Part shown: one piece after another, positions 25,559 to 37,259 of the stretch
How positions within the stretch are numbered: the stretch's first letter is position 1
How the letters are laid out: every line of letters starts with the position of its first letter
Assembly: GCA_015680685.1 (NCBI GenBank)
Contig: MNCI01002704.1
Coordinates: 112,701 to 176,700, forward strand
Length of the DNA stretch: 64,000 bases
Direction: 5' to 3'
Origin: Gnetum montanum
Taxonomy: Eukaryota > Plantae > Gnetophyta
Position numbers and translations under genes: made by a program
The notes under the pieces: generated by a model
What the model was told of the DNA's origin: nothing
The model's input: only the letters and a program-made list of their open reading frames with translations
Databases searched by the model: none

Positions 25559-28500
25559 CATTATGACATGGCCATGCCTGAGTAGCTTCTCTCTCCTCTG
25601 GTCCTCACAAGACCTCATGGTGATATCAAACGATGCATTAATCCACATTGCCTAGACCTTGAGCCTACAACTTATGCTAAATACATAGCATCTATAGAGA
25701 CACCACTAAATTATCCCAACCATCTACTTAAGGCTCTCAATCTAGAGGTAGGGGACATCATAGAGGATTCCCTCATTGAGATCCTTGTGACAACACAAAC
25801 TAGCAAGCCAAAAATGCCAAAATTGAGCTCCTCATTAGATCCCTAGCATGCTCAAGACATTAGTAGGATGCTAAACAATAACATAAAGGAATTCACATGG
25901 TCATATGAGGACATGCTAGGTCTAGATCCTTAGCTAGTCCAGTACATCATTACCCTAGATCCCTACATTAAGCTAGTAAAATAGAAGGCATGCAAGGTTA
26001 GGATTGAGGTGGTGTTGATCATCCATGATGAAATCACCAAGCTTCACAATGCTAGTTTCATTTGAGTTGTTGACTACATAGATTAGGTCTCCAACATCAT
26101 AGTTGTTCCTAAGAAAAATGGAAGCATATGCATTTTCATAGACTTCCAAGATATAAAAAAGCCAACCATTAAAGCCAAATTTCCATTGCCTAGTATTGAT
26201 CAACTAATCAATACCATCGTTGGTCATGCCTTGTTATCCATCATGGATGGGTTTTCGGACTACAAATAGATTTGGATCAACCCTAAGCATTAACTCAAAA
26301 TAGCCTTTATGAAACCCTGAGGTATGTTTTGTTACACCATGATGCCCTTTGGACTAAAAAATTTAGGATTAACTTACCAATATGCGATGACATACATCTT
26401 TAGTCATTACATGTTAAGCTTGCTCAACAATTACATGGATGACATAGTAGTTAAATCCAAAGAAACTCACAAGCATGAAAATGATCTAGACATAGTGCTT
26501 ACACATTTCTTGAAACATGATCTTAGGTTGAACCCCAAGAAATGTGTTTTCAACATTAGAATAGGCTAGATGCTTGGTTTTGTAGTATGTGAAGCAATAA
26601 TACACATAGACTCCAACAAGGTTAAGGCCATAACCAACTTAGCACCTCTGAGAAACCTTAAGGAGCTATGAGTATTACAAGGTAGATTATAGTTCATATG
26701 TAGGTTTATTGCATGGTTAACCAACAAGTTACAACCAATGCAACATCTACACAAAAACAGAGCCCACTTTTAGTGGACAACTCAATGTCAACAAGTATTT
26801 GGCAATCTTAAGTAGGAGTTGGCTCAACTCCCTATGGTTCATCCTCCATAAGGAGATAAATCTTTTTACATCTACCTTTCCACTTCTAATACATTTATCA
26901 CTTCTCTCCTTTGCCAAAAGCAAGATGATGGCATAGAGATCCTAGTTTACTACCTAAGCCATGCATTGGTAGCACACAAAGCAAAATACAACAATGTGGA
27001 AAAGCATTACCTTGCCTTAGTCTTTTCACTCAAGAAGTGAAGGAATTACCTTTTCCATAGCCAAGTTAATATAATTTGCAAGAATAATGTACTCAAACCC
27101 ATTACAATGAACATCTATGAGAGTAGTTATATTGCACGATGAAACGTAATAACTATGGAGTTTAACCTACATTATGTTGCACAAGCCTTGACAAAAGGTC
27201 AAGCTATAGCGACACAACTCATGGATTCACCCATGAATGATCAAACAACTATAGATCTAGAATTCCTAGATGAGCATGTCAGTAGCATTAGTCAAGTGCC
27301 TAAAAAATTTGAGGCACTCTTAAATTTTGATGTTGCTTCAACCTTTCAAGGGAGTAGCACCACTGCCATTATCACATTTCCCTCTAGGGAGATCTAACTC
27401 TTCACATATCATTTTGCATTTCTTTGCACTAACAATGTGGCAAAGTATAAAGGTATCCTCTAAGGTTCTATTGCAACACATAACTTAGGGATTTCACACC
27501 TATCAATCCAAGGAAACTTACAATTAGTGGTCAACCAAGTAATAGAGGCTTATTCTTGTAAAGGCCAACACTTACAACCTTACTATGACTTGACAAAGTT
27601 CTTGCTTAAACAATTTGCAATAACAAATATCCAATACATTCCCAAAAACAAGAATGTCATAGCTGATTCCTTAGCAACATTAGCCTTAAGCATTGCACCA
27701 GACATATTTCATACATTACCCACCTCTGTGGTGGATTGCACTATGCCTATTACACAAACCATTAACCTTGCATCTGTAGCCACAATTAGCACAACCCATG
27801 CAAGAGAATGATACAACAACATTAAATCATACCTTCTATAGGGTGATCCTCTGCAACACTTAGCTACTACTTAAAAAGACATAGTGCATAAATTTTCATG
27901 GTAGTACATCATTTTAGGTGATGGCATGCTATGTCATAGATCCTACAATGACATATTGCTAACCTACGTGAATGATAGTGAAGCACAAATAATCATTGAG
28001 CAAGTTCATGAAGGACTGTGTAGAGGTCACATAGCACCTAGGGTAATGATAGAAAAAATTAGACACCTAGGCTATTATTGGCCTTACATTGAGTGTGATT
28101 GCATCTTCAAGGTTAAAACATATGACATGTATCAATGGCATGACAACCTAATTCATGTGCATCAACTAAACTACACACAACGCAGATCATGTGGCTATTC
28201 CAACGTTGGGGCATGGACATCATTAGACCTATAATGCTTAAGTCCTCCATAGGGCATAGCTTCATCATAATCACAACTGAGTACTTAACCAAGTGGGTGG
28301 AGGCTATTCCCCTTAGGAAGACAACATCATAGCAAGTTTGGAAATTTGTGCTTAATAACATAGTGACCTAATTTGTCTTACACATGATCATAGTCATAGA
28401 AAATAGGCCACAATTTAGCAGTGCTAAAACCAAAGCCTTTTGTGAGCACCTTGGCATTAAATATTCATTCTCATCACCTTATTACCCTCAGGAAAATGGC

Positions 28501-29040
28501 CATGTAGAGGCCACAAACAAAGTCATCATCAATCTTCTAAAGAAGATGCTAAGTAACAGCAAACAATGATGGCATGAACAATTAGTCTATGCACTCTAGG
28601 ACTACCACACAACATGAAAAACAACAATAAGTAAGATGCCTTATAGTCTTATCTACAAATTTGAAGTAAATTTGCCCCTTGAATTATAGGTTCCATCAGT
28701 TCAAGTGATCCTCTTGGACTTCATTCATGAAGATCAAAACAATAAGTTGAGAATCGTAGAGCTCAACTCAATAGAGGAGGAGCACATGCAAATGCTTGAT
28801 TGTATTCAATGGTACCAAGAAAAGAAATAACAAAAGCACCATCACAACCAGCATCAACACCTGATCAAGAAAGGGGACATAGTCCTTAAGGCCATTTGTG
28901 AATCTATAGACAAATTCTTTGCCAACTGGGAAGGACCTTTCTTGGTCACCAAGGCCTATGACAATAGAGCATTCAAGCTTACTGACCAAGATGAGTTTGC
29001 CAATCCATGAACCATTCATACCTAAATCCATACTCTGCCT
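25559..29040 (+). pseudogene. pol: pol of C: RT, RNase H, additional (archaeal-type) RNase H, integrase; disrupted
   Basis: RT: MPFGLKNLGLTYQ..YMDDIVVKS..LRLNPKKC. aRH: LNFDVAS..CTNNVAKY..QLVVNQV..IPKNKNVIADSLA. Integrase: HEGLCRGH..GYYWP, TKWVEAIP, SSPYYPQENGHVEATNK, WEGPFLV. Confidence 0.95.
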
Positions 29041-29078
29041 ATCATGTAGCACATCAATGGAACAAGGTGAGCATTCAT

Positions 29079-29425
29079 CTGCTATGACATTAAACTAGGA
29101 AAGTAGAAATTCCACTGTGACTATAAACTGGCATAGAAAGTCCGCTATGACTATAAATTGGTGCAAAAAGTCTGCTATGACTATAAACTAGCATAACATC
29201 CATTCACTATGACGTTAAATTGGCAAATCATCCATCTTCTATGATGTTAAACTAGCATCCACACCTCACATCCACTACAATGTTAAACTAGCATAGCATG
29301 CATCCTTGGGTCATGACATTAAACTGACACAATAGGATTTGTCCACTATAATGAAAAATTGACATGCAATAGTCCACTAGGACTATAAACTAGCACACTA
29401 AAATCTACCAAGATCTCAAATTGGG
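29079..29425 (+). repeat. Array of ~11 copies of a 22-nt motif with short variable spacers
   Basis: Consensus CCGCTAYGACNNTAAACTGGCA with spacers of roughly 7-16 nt, directly after integrase. Confidence 0.85.
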
Positions 29426-30633
29426 TTTTCCATCACTCACACATGGTTCTATGGGCAAGTGAGGGAGAATAATCATAACTCCCCCCACCCTTCCTTCCCC
29501 CACTTATCCAAATCATCTAGGTAGGGAGACTATAGTCCCAAAATGAAGCTCTAGCCATCAACTTGATCTTTGGAGAATTTGCAACATCATGAACCCCTAT
29601 CATTTTGTTGATTTTTTAGGCTCTTTCCATTTCTTAGACTTGGGAGAACTTGTAGCATTATGGCCCCCCACCATTTTTTTGTTTTTTTCTGCTCATGTTA
29701 CAAGTGCAGCTTCTAGAGCACCTGCATCATCATTGCTTCCCATCATTTTTTGGTTTTTGAACACTTGTTACTAGTTTGGCCTTTAGAGTATTCATAGCAT
29801 TATCATCCTTGGAATTTTTTTTTTTGATTTCATGTTTGGTATTTTTTCTTGTCTCGTTGGAGTTATTTTTGCAAGATGAAGCCTTGAGGTGATCATGGAA
29901 AGGAGCTTCTTATCACGGTGGTAAGTCACCATATCACTCCAATGTGCATGATTGGACTAGTTGAGGCTCTCAAGAGTTCACATCCCTACTACCTTATTAT
30001 GGCCTACTCACACCCATCCTTATGCATTCATATCCTTTGCATTCTTCCACATAATCAAAACTGCAAACTCCTTTGATGCATACGTGTCATCATCACATGG
30101 CACCCTCTATGAGCTAAACCATAAAACCCAAGGTGGACATAACATAAGTTGTCCCATGGGGAGCCTCTATTGGTTGGTCAAACCCTAGGAAAATGTAACA
30201 CAAGTCATTCTAGGGAGGAAACACCTATCGCATAGATGTGACATAGTTTTATAAGCATCAAAGCAAAGTCCATCCAATGGCATGTAGTCAAGTTGATGGA
30301 AGGCATTCCACAATTAGTAGTTAGCATTATGCAGAACCTAAAGAAGGTTTCTCCCAAAGCAAAAAAAGCTAAAAAAAAAGTAAAAGGGAGAAAAAAGGAA
30401 AAAATCACATCCCCAAGTGCTGTAAGCATGCTACAATTTTGCAATTGGTTAGGATCTAAATCCACCTTGACTTTCTTATGAGAATTCTAAGAGATCAACA
30501 TTTTTAGAGGTAAGCCACCTTAGTTCCATGGTTACCATCAGCCATGTTGACTTCACATCATGCATTTTAACACCTTATCTGCACTTCATTTTCCCTTTTA
30601 ACCCTAGCATGTTGCCTACAGCCTTTACTGCCT

Positions 30634-30654
30634 CCCCCCCCCCCCCCCCCCCCC
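30634..30654 (+). repeat. Poly-C tract (21 nt)
   Basis: Direct read. Confidence 0.9.
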
Positions 30655-30798
30655 AAAAGCATGCCTCTATCCACAGCACTCTTGAGGATGGTGAAATGAC
30701 ATCTGATAGGTACAATAGAATGATGTTGATGGTAAGCCTACTATGGTGTTTTGAAATTCTTTGTTGACATCTCTCAAGCCACTCCTCTAGACATCAAC

Positions 30799-30811
30799 AA
30801 AGAGGGGCCAA
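30799..30811 (+). other. Polypurine tract of C
   Basis: AAAGAGGGGCCAA directly before the 3' LTR TG; this form is typical of Tat/Ogre elements. Confidence 0.9.
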
Positions 30812-32513
30812 TGAAACACCACCAAATTTGAGCTACCACTTATTGACTAAAAATTTGCCTAAGTCTTAGCATGAGGCCTTTTTCAGAAAATTTTTCTAAG
30901 TGCTAGGACTATGCTTTCCAATATACCAAAGCATAGTCAGCCCAGTGAAGAGTGTAGTTAGCTTCAAATATATATTTTTTGCAAATTTACCTAATTGTCA
31001 GCATGAAGCAAGAAGTTGTAGATTTTTCTAATTGTTGGGACTACACTCTCAACTTTACTAGAGTGTAGTAAGATTAGTAGAGAGCATAATAAATACCAGA
31101 GGCCAATTTTGCAAATTTTCATAAGTGTTAAGCTAGCAGTTGAAAAGCCTTCTAGGCAAGAAAGAAATAGTTTGGCAAGGACTACACTCTCCACTACTTG
31201 GAAGCATAGTCAAGCATAGTCAACACTAAAGGCTCAGCTTTTTGACTGTTGAGACTATGCTTTTCACTACCCTGGAGTTTAGTTAAGTGTAGTCAACTAG
31301 AAGCCTAATATCTGCAAAAATTTCAAAGTGTTAGAACTATGCTTAACCCCAGTTGGAAGTGTAGTCAGCCTCCCTTAGAGTGTAGTGAGTACATGGTCCA
31401 AATGTTTTCTAAGTCTAGGACTATGCTTTCACCCAGTCTAGAGGGTAGTCATGCTAAATAGCCTCCAAAGGTCTTTAGAATGTAGAATTAGCATTCAAAT
31501 CATCTCCAACACACCTTTATCAAGCATTTGCATCATTTTGCACCCCCCTTTTCCCCCTTTTTTGTAACTACGCTTGACACCACTTGAGACAATGAATAAC
31601 ATAGTCATGGAGTGTACTCTACAAACTTGCATTTTTTGCATTTTTTTAGGTACATTGTGGCATTTTCAATACACAAACATGTAGTGGGAAGCATATTCAT
31701 AGTTTTGTAGTCTCATAGAGTCCATTGGAGCACACCAGAGCATAACATCATTTGCTTTAGCGGAGAGCATAGTTGGGTGCAACGTAGTCCCAACTGTCCT
31801 ATTACCACATGGCAATTGATCCACATTTCATGGAAACCCCATCCCTATAAATACCCTAGTACTCTACATTTTAGGGGTTGGAAAATTTGAAGAAAGCTTG
31901 GAATTTTGGATTTTAGCATTCCTAAAGCATGTTTGGAATCTAAGCAAGGGAGGGCATTCATACACCATTGTAGTTCACTGTAGTCCATAGTAGTCCACTG
32001 CACCTCATGATGTCCAACAAAGAAGGCATAGACACTATGGCTAGAACATTCATCCTTGTGGCCAGACACCCCAATATTATGACTACAATCTACTACAGCT
32101 GTGGTATACTACATATCTTTCTCATCCAATTTGAGGTTATCTATGCTCAACCTTGTTTGGGGTAGTGCGAATTTCTCTCTCACTCTATCCTTGTGCATTT
32201 TTTAGCATTTTTATTTGCATTTTGGCATTTTACTTGCATTTTTTGCAATTCTTGCATGTAATCGCAGATTGACACCCATAATTTTCAATGGAAACCTTTA
32301 ACTATGCTCACCATCATTGACACTGTGAACAACATGCAAACACTTAATACCATTACAACATTGCATTCCATAAGTCTGATTTGATTGACAGGACTATTGT
32401 AGGCACCTCATCTCCACCTCTAGTAGGCACTCACATGAACACAAAATCAAAGCTATGCACCTGTGAACCTCTTGGTGTTTCCATTCCATCCGCTAACATT
32501 TTTGGTCACTACA
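30812..32513 (+). repeat. 3' LTR of C
   Basis: Direct repeat of 16945-18656; ends CACTACA and is followed by the TSD. Confidence 0.95.
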
Positions 32514-35500
32514 ATTATCATCATCACCTACACCATTGGGGCCACTAATGTCATATGGTTCCTATGACATAAAAACATACAACCAATATGTAACTTGCAT
32601 AACCAAAACCATGACATAAACAAATGCAAAAAAAAAAATTAAAACATAAAAAATAAACACAATCAAACCTATGGGGAACCTTTCTCTATAATCTCTTTGA
32701 GAAGGTGATGAAGGCTAGTTTTCAACATTGGAGAATCTAGTCTTTCATCATGTTGGCTTAGTCAATATCCCAAAAATTAATTCCTATGAAGATATTAGCC
32801 CTTTCTACATCCATCCATGATGGTGGAACCCATGAGACTATATCCATAGAGACCTCATCCATAGCTATAGTGATCTGAGGAGAAGGAGACTCAACTACTA
32901 TGACAGTGCTTTCAAGAAGACTAAAAGCACTCTTAGCCTAAATACCCTTGATAAATAGATCCATCTTCTATTGTTCAAATATCTCCCTTTTTAATCACTT
33001 CAATTATGCCTCCGAATAGGCTTTATACTTCTACTTGTGATCCTTTTGTATCTTACCCCACTCCAAAACCCAAGCACTATAATCCTTCCATTCCTAGGCC
33101 TTTTTGGATATGAAATCCATTTACATCTATAAATCATGCAACTCCTAGGAGAGGGCAACCTTGTCATGGATAATGTTCCAGTAGTAAGCCAATGTGATAT
33201 CCATAGTCTATATGATCCCCAAGCTAGCCATCTAGGCTTTCACAAAGGCCTTACGTTCCTCAAGATCTTAGAGCTTGGATCCTAGATATTGTTAGGGGAT
33301 TCACACTGACTAACACCAAGGTTCTTATTGGTCATAGACAATGAATCTTTCATGTCCTCTAGTGGGTTTTGAGCTTGCATAGTTTGATAAAGATGTTTTA
33401 TCCAAGGCCTAGAGAGTTGTTTTAGATCCTAGTGTACCCATGACCCATTCTTTCTCACCACGAAGAATTCCACAAGCCGCTTTAGATAACTTGCAAAAAA
33501 TGCATAGTGCATGTGGACTATCATAGAGAGGTCCTTGATGAGTTTGAGGGTTTCCTTCCTAAGGCCCAATAGCCAAGAAAGTAGCCAAGAAAATGAGTTT
33601 AATCCATCAAGACCTTCTTGAAGGTCCATCCCTATGTAATACCAATTACCTTCTTTTGGGAAAATAGTTTAGGAAAGGCTCAATACCTAAACAAGGGATA
33701 AGACTCCCTTACATCAAGGTTCATGAAGTTATCAAAACGAAGCATAGAGTGCCCCTTGCTAGTAACAAACTACTCCTCAAATTCTTCATGATGGCCAGCC
33801 TCCTTCATTAATTTAGTGACAACTGTTATCTCATTAGTAAGAACTCCAAACAAATTTTCAAAGATGACCTCACTAATGGCAATGATAATTGGGATGTCTT
33901 GCATTATGGTGCAAAACACATTGACTCCTACATCGAAGGAGTCAATGACATTTAGCATCTTTGTAAAAAGGATGCTAGGGCTAGGTGTAATAAAGACCTC
34001 TAGAAAACCTACAAGTACAATGTTTATTTAGATGTTCTCAGGTACCTACCCCCTTAACCACTTCTATGATGGTCCCGCATCACCAAAATTTAGGATGAGA
34101 GTATCTGCAAAACATTTGGTGAGGGGTACAGTGACATTAGTAGAAGTGGAAAGTGCTATAAGCCAAAGATAAATGCTTAGCATTAGTATAGCTACATTTA
34201 TATCATAGAATACTTAAGACCCAAATAGCCATCAAACCTTAGGTATAACATAGAAAACCATTTTTTTCTTACCTTTCTTCTTCTTACTTACTAAAGCTCA
34301 TGTAAGGCTCCAAGTAGTGATGCCCATATCGCTGATGGCCTTGGGGGCCTTCCATCAACTATGCATTTTTTTGGTTGCCACACACTTCTTTTAAATAGGA
34401 AAATATGGTACGATATTCATCAAATTTTCCTCTTAGCTACTCAAAAATGATATGTTTGATCTTGAGGCCTTTGGTGAATTCACTCACTGTAGTCTAGGCT
34501 ATTATAAATATTTGACCATTTTTTGTCAAGCCTTGATTGTTAACCCTGTACCTATAAGATGTGTGTGAAGTTGAGACATTAGGAAAGAGGAACAAATTAA
34601 ATAAAGCTAAAACATTGAAACTTATAATAGTCATGCTTACCCTTGTAATTGATACATGGTCCTTAGAGGATTCTAGAATAAGGATTGGACTCTTTGTGCC
34701 ACCATTAAAGTAATATTAATGTTGTATTGAGAATACTTTGACATCTTCCAAATGTCTAAAAGGTAATGTTCATCGATGGTGTCCTTTGTCTTCACTAGCT
34801 TTCCTATTGCTCGAGTCTTTAGATCATTAATTATGAATTAAGAAGAAAAATGCATAGACCTAGGTAGTAGGGTCTCCATTATGATGCTAGTCACCTTTGT
34901 AGACAAGTGTGACCACATCATCATACTAAAGTTCTACAAAAGGTAAGTAAGGAATTCCCTTGTCCTTAGATGGAACCATAGTAACCCCTTCTCTAAGACC
35001 ATGTTAGGTAGAGGGGTGTTGGCCTTGGGCTGGTGAATACAACATAGGATGCTAACCAAATCAATCATGATGAGTACAGGCTTCAATAGGATCTTGCAAG
35101 GGGAGAACATAAGGATCCTAAGGATCATGTTTCAGTGCTTAGAATTCCTTATGAATTTTATAAAATACCTTAGTTAGGGGGTGAAATTAGCCCTTATAAA
35201 AAAACTATAAAGTGTTTGTAATTAAACCATTATAGCCAAAACATTGTATCAAAAATATTATAGCCTAACATTGTAGACAAAATTATGCCTAAGTCCAAAC
35301 CATACATTAATTTAGAAAAAACATTAAAATGTAGAAAAAATAGTCATAGGAAAATGCCTACTAAAAAATAGTAAAATATCTATTTCTCATGAAACAAAAT
35401 TTAAAGAATAGTTTACATATTTAGATGTATCCAGGAGAATGAAATTTATAAAGAGAAATCTCTAAGTATGTCAATAGCATCCATCTCCAAAGGCTAAAGT

Positions 35501-36520
35501 GATACAACCAGAATTAAGCCTGATTAACATAGCCATAGTTAAACATTCACAAAAGATTACTCAAAACTCTAATTTCAATGATTCCACCACTAAAGGAATA
35601 TTGAAATCACAAGCTTTCTAGCCATAGATGATACAATCAAAAACTATGTAACCAATTTTACATGAATCATAGCCATATTTGCACAATAGTAGCCATCAAC
35701 ATAAACCCCCTAACATGTAGAGTTGGTGAAAAATTCACCAAAAATTCATTTGAGCTCCAAACGGAGTAAATCCACCACCATTTAAAATCTTAAATTGAGT
35801 CCTGCACATACATCTTAGAAAACATTCAAATACCATGCCATTTATTGAGAAAAAATTTGTAAACTTTGATTAAAATATGAAAAGTGACATAAATTCTAAG
35901 TACACAACCTAATTGAAATAGTCATAACGTCTTCGTTATGAATTCAAATCAAATGGGATGAAAACCAATATAAAGATTAAAAATAATCATAAAAACAAAT
36001 AGCCTTAGATGTTTCCAATATTCAGCCATTTTTGTAATAGAAAATTCATTGCTTTACTTGCTTTTTTCATCAAAAAGCATTTAAAAGAACAAAATTCCTA
36101 AACCCTCATTTAATTTATCCATGAATTGAAGACATAATAGTAAAAAAACTTTAAAACCATGTAAAAAAAATCAAAATAAAGGGTAGTATTTTTTTAGAGT
36201 TTAATTTTAACAAACGTATTAGCCTAGTTTTGACAAAAAAGTATACAAAAAAAAACCTAGTATTGAAGAAAAGTATACAAAAAAGTAAGTCTATTTTAAA
36301 AATCAAATCTATTGAAGCTTGAACAACTAAATAACCCTAGATATACATAGAAAAAACCAAAATATGAGGTAGGATGTCATCAAAATTCAACTTCATCAAC
36401 TCCCTTTGCCTAGATTTGAGGAAGATGGCCCATATCCTAGCTAGAAAAACACAAAAATGGCTAGGAAAATAAAGAAAATGGCTAGGGATGACCTACCTCA
36501 GAGTGAGTGTGGAGGAAGGA
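32514..36520 (-). pseudogene. Antisense spliced accessory gene, copy B1 (last exon continues at ~16890-16944)
   Basis: FCP1-like exon 34641-35093 (LKPVLIMIDLVSILC..WFHLRTREFLTYLL*NFSMMMWS..NITLMV..NP). Introns 34552-34640 and 34156-34272. PMD-like exon running down from 34155. WVLEWGKIQK exon at ~33060. Confidence 0.8.
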
Positions 36521-37250
36521 TGATTAAGGTACCCCTACATCCAACCATACAAATCATGAAGCATCCAACATGATTTGGTTGAATTCCATGGACTCTATAG
36601 TTTTTCAGTGCACTAGTTCTCTAGGAAGTGAACTTTCTGTTGAGAATGTTTGTTGTCTTCCTAGCTACACTTGTGACGCTTAAGGGTATGACTTAAGTGT
36701 AATTTAGGTACACGATTTATATCATTTTATATTTTATTATTTTGGTACTTAAAATAAAAAGGATAAAGAGCAAAGTAGTTCAATGTCTACTTTAATCTAA
36801 TGGGCTAACCATTGCTGAACTAGTCCTAACATAGGTATCTAGTCCCACTTGCTATATAGATCTTGAACACATAAACGTTGTTGGGTTACCAAACATTAAG
36901 TGCTGTTGGGATTACCAAACATCATACACATGCTCAAAGTGATTATACTTATGTGTTTACTTAATCACTATTTATCTCACCTACCTTAATTACTTAATTA
37001 GCTTAATTACTAAAGAGCATTAAATAAATAACTAAAAACATTAAATGCATGAATAAAACATTTAAGCTATTTAGAATGATGTAAATTTTATCAAGAAGTT
37101 CATCTTTATCTCTACACACACTGTCATGCTCAAGTACAATAGTGCTTGAATAAAGATCTATAAACTCAATGACTTCTACTGTTGGCACTCTAGAAAATAT
37201 TGTAACTTTTCAATGTAAAAAATATAAGGGCTTCACTACAACTATGAAAA
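36521..37250 (-). repeat. 3' LTR of A3 (U3 start and PPT deleted)
   Basis: Direct repeat of 47482-48197; homology stops at ~37250. Confidence 0.85.
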
Positions 37251-37259
37251 GATTAGATA

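Larger units (their letters stand above)
16945..32513 (+). mobile_element. Tat-clade (Ogre/Retand-type domain order) element C, 15.6 kb, both LTRs present
   Basis: Paired LTRs TGAAACACCACC...CACTACA; 5-bp TSD ATTAT at 16940-16944 and 32514-32518; PBS, PPT, gag and RT-RH-aRH-INT. Confidence 0.95.

Noticed and set aside
29079-29425. Repeat-spacer array resembling CRISPR
   Set aside because: Spacers are only ~7-16 nt, repeats are degenerate, there are no cas genes, and the array lies inside a plant retrotransposon.
30165-30245. Hammerhead-like GAAAC plus hairpin
   Set aside because: No CUGANGA core and no NUH cleavage triplet in the required position.
30293-30481. Lys-rich ORF resembling a histone H1 tail
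   Set aside because: It is the translation of an A-rich non-coding tract in the 3' region of C, with no globular domain.
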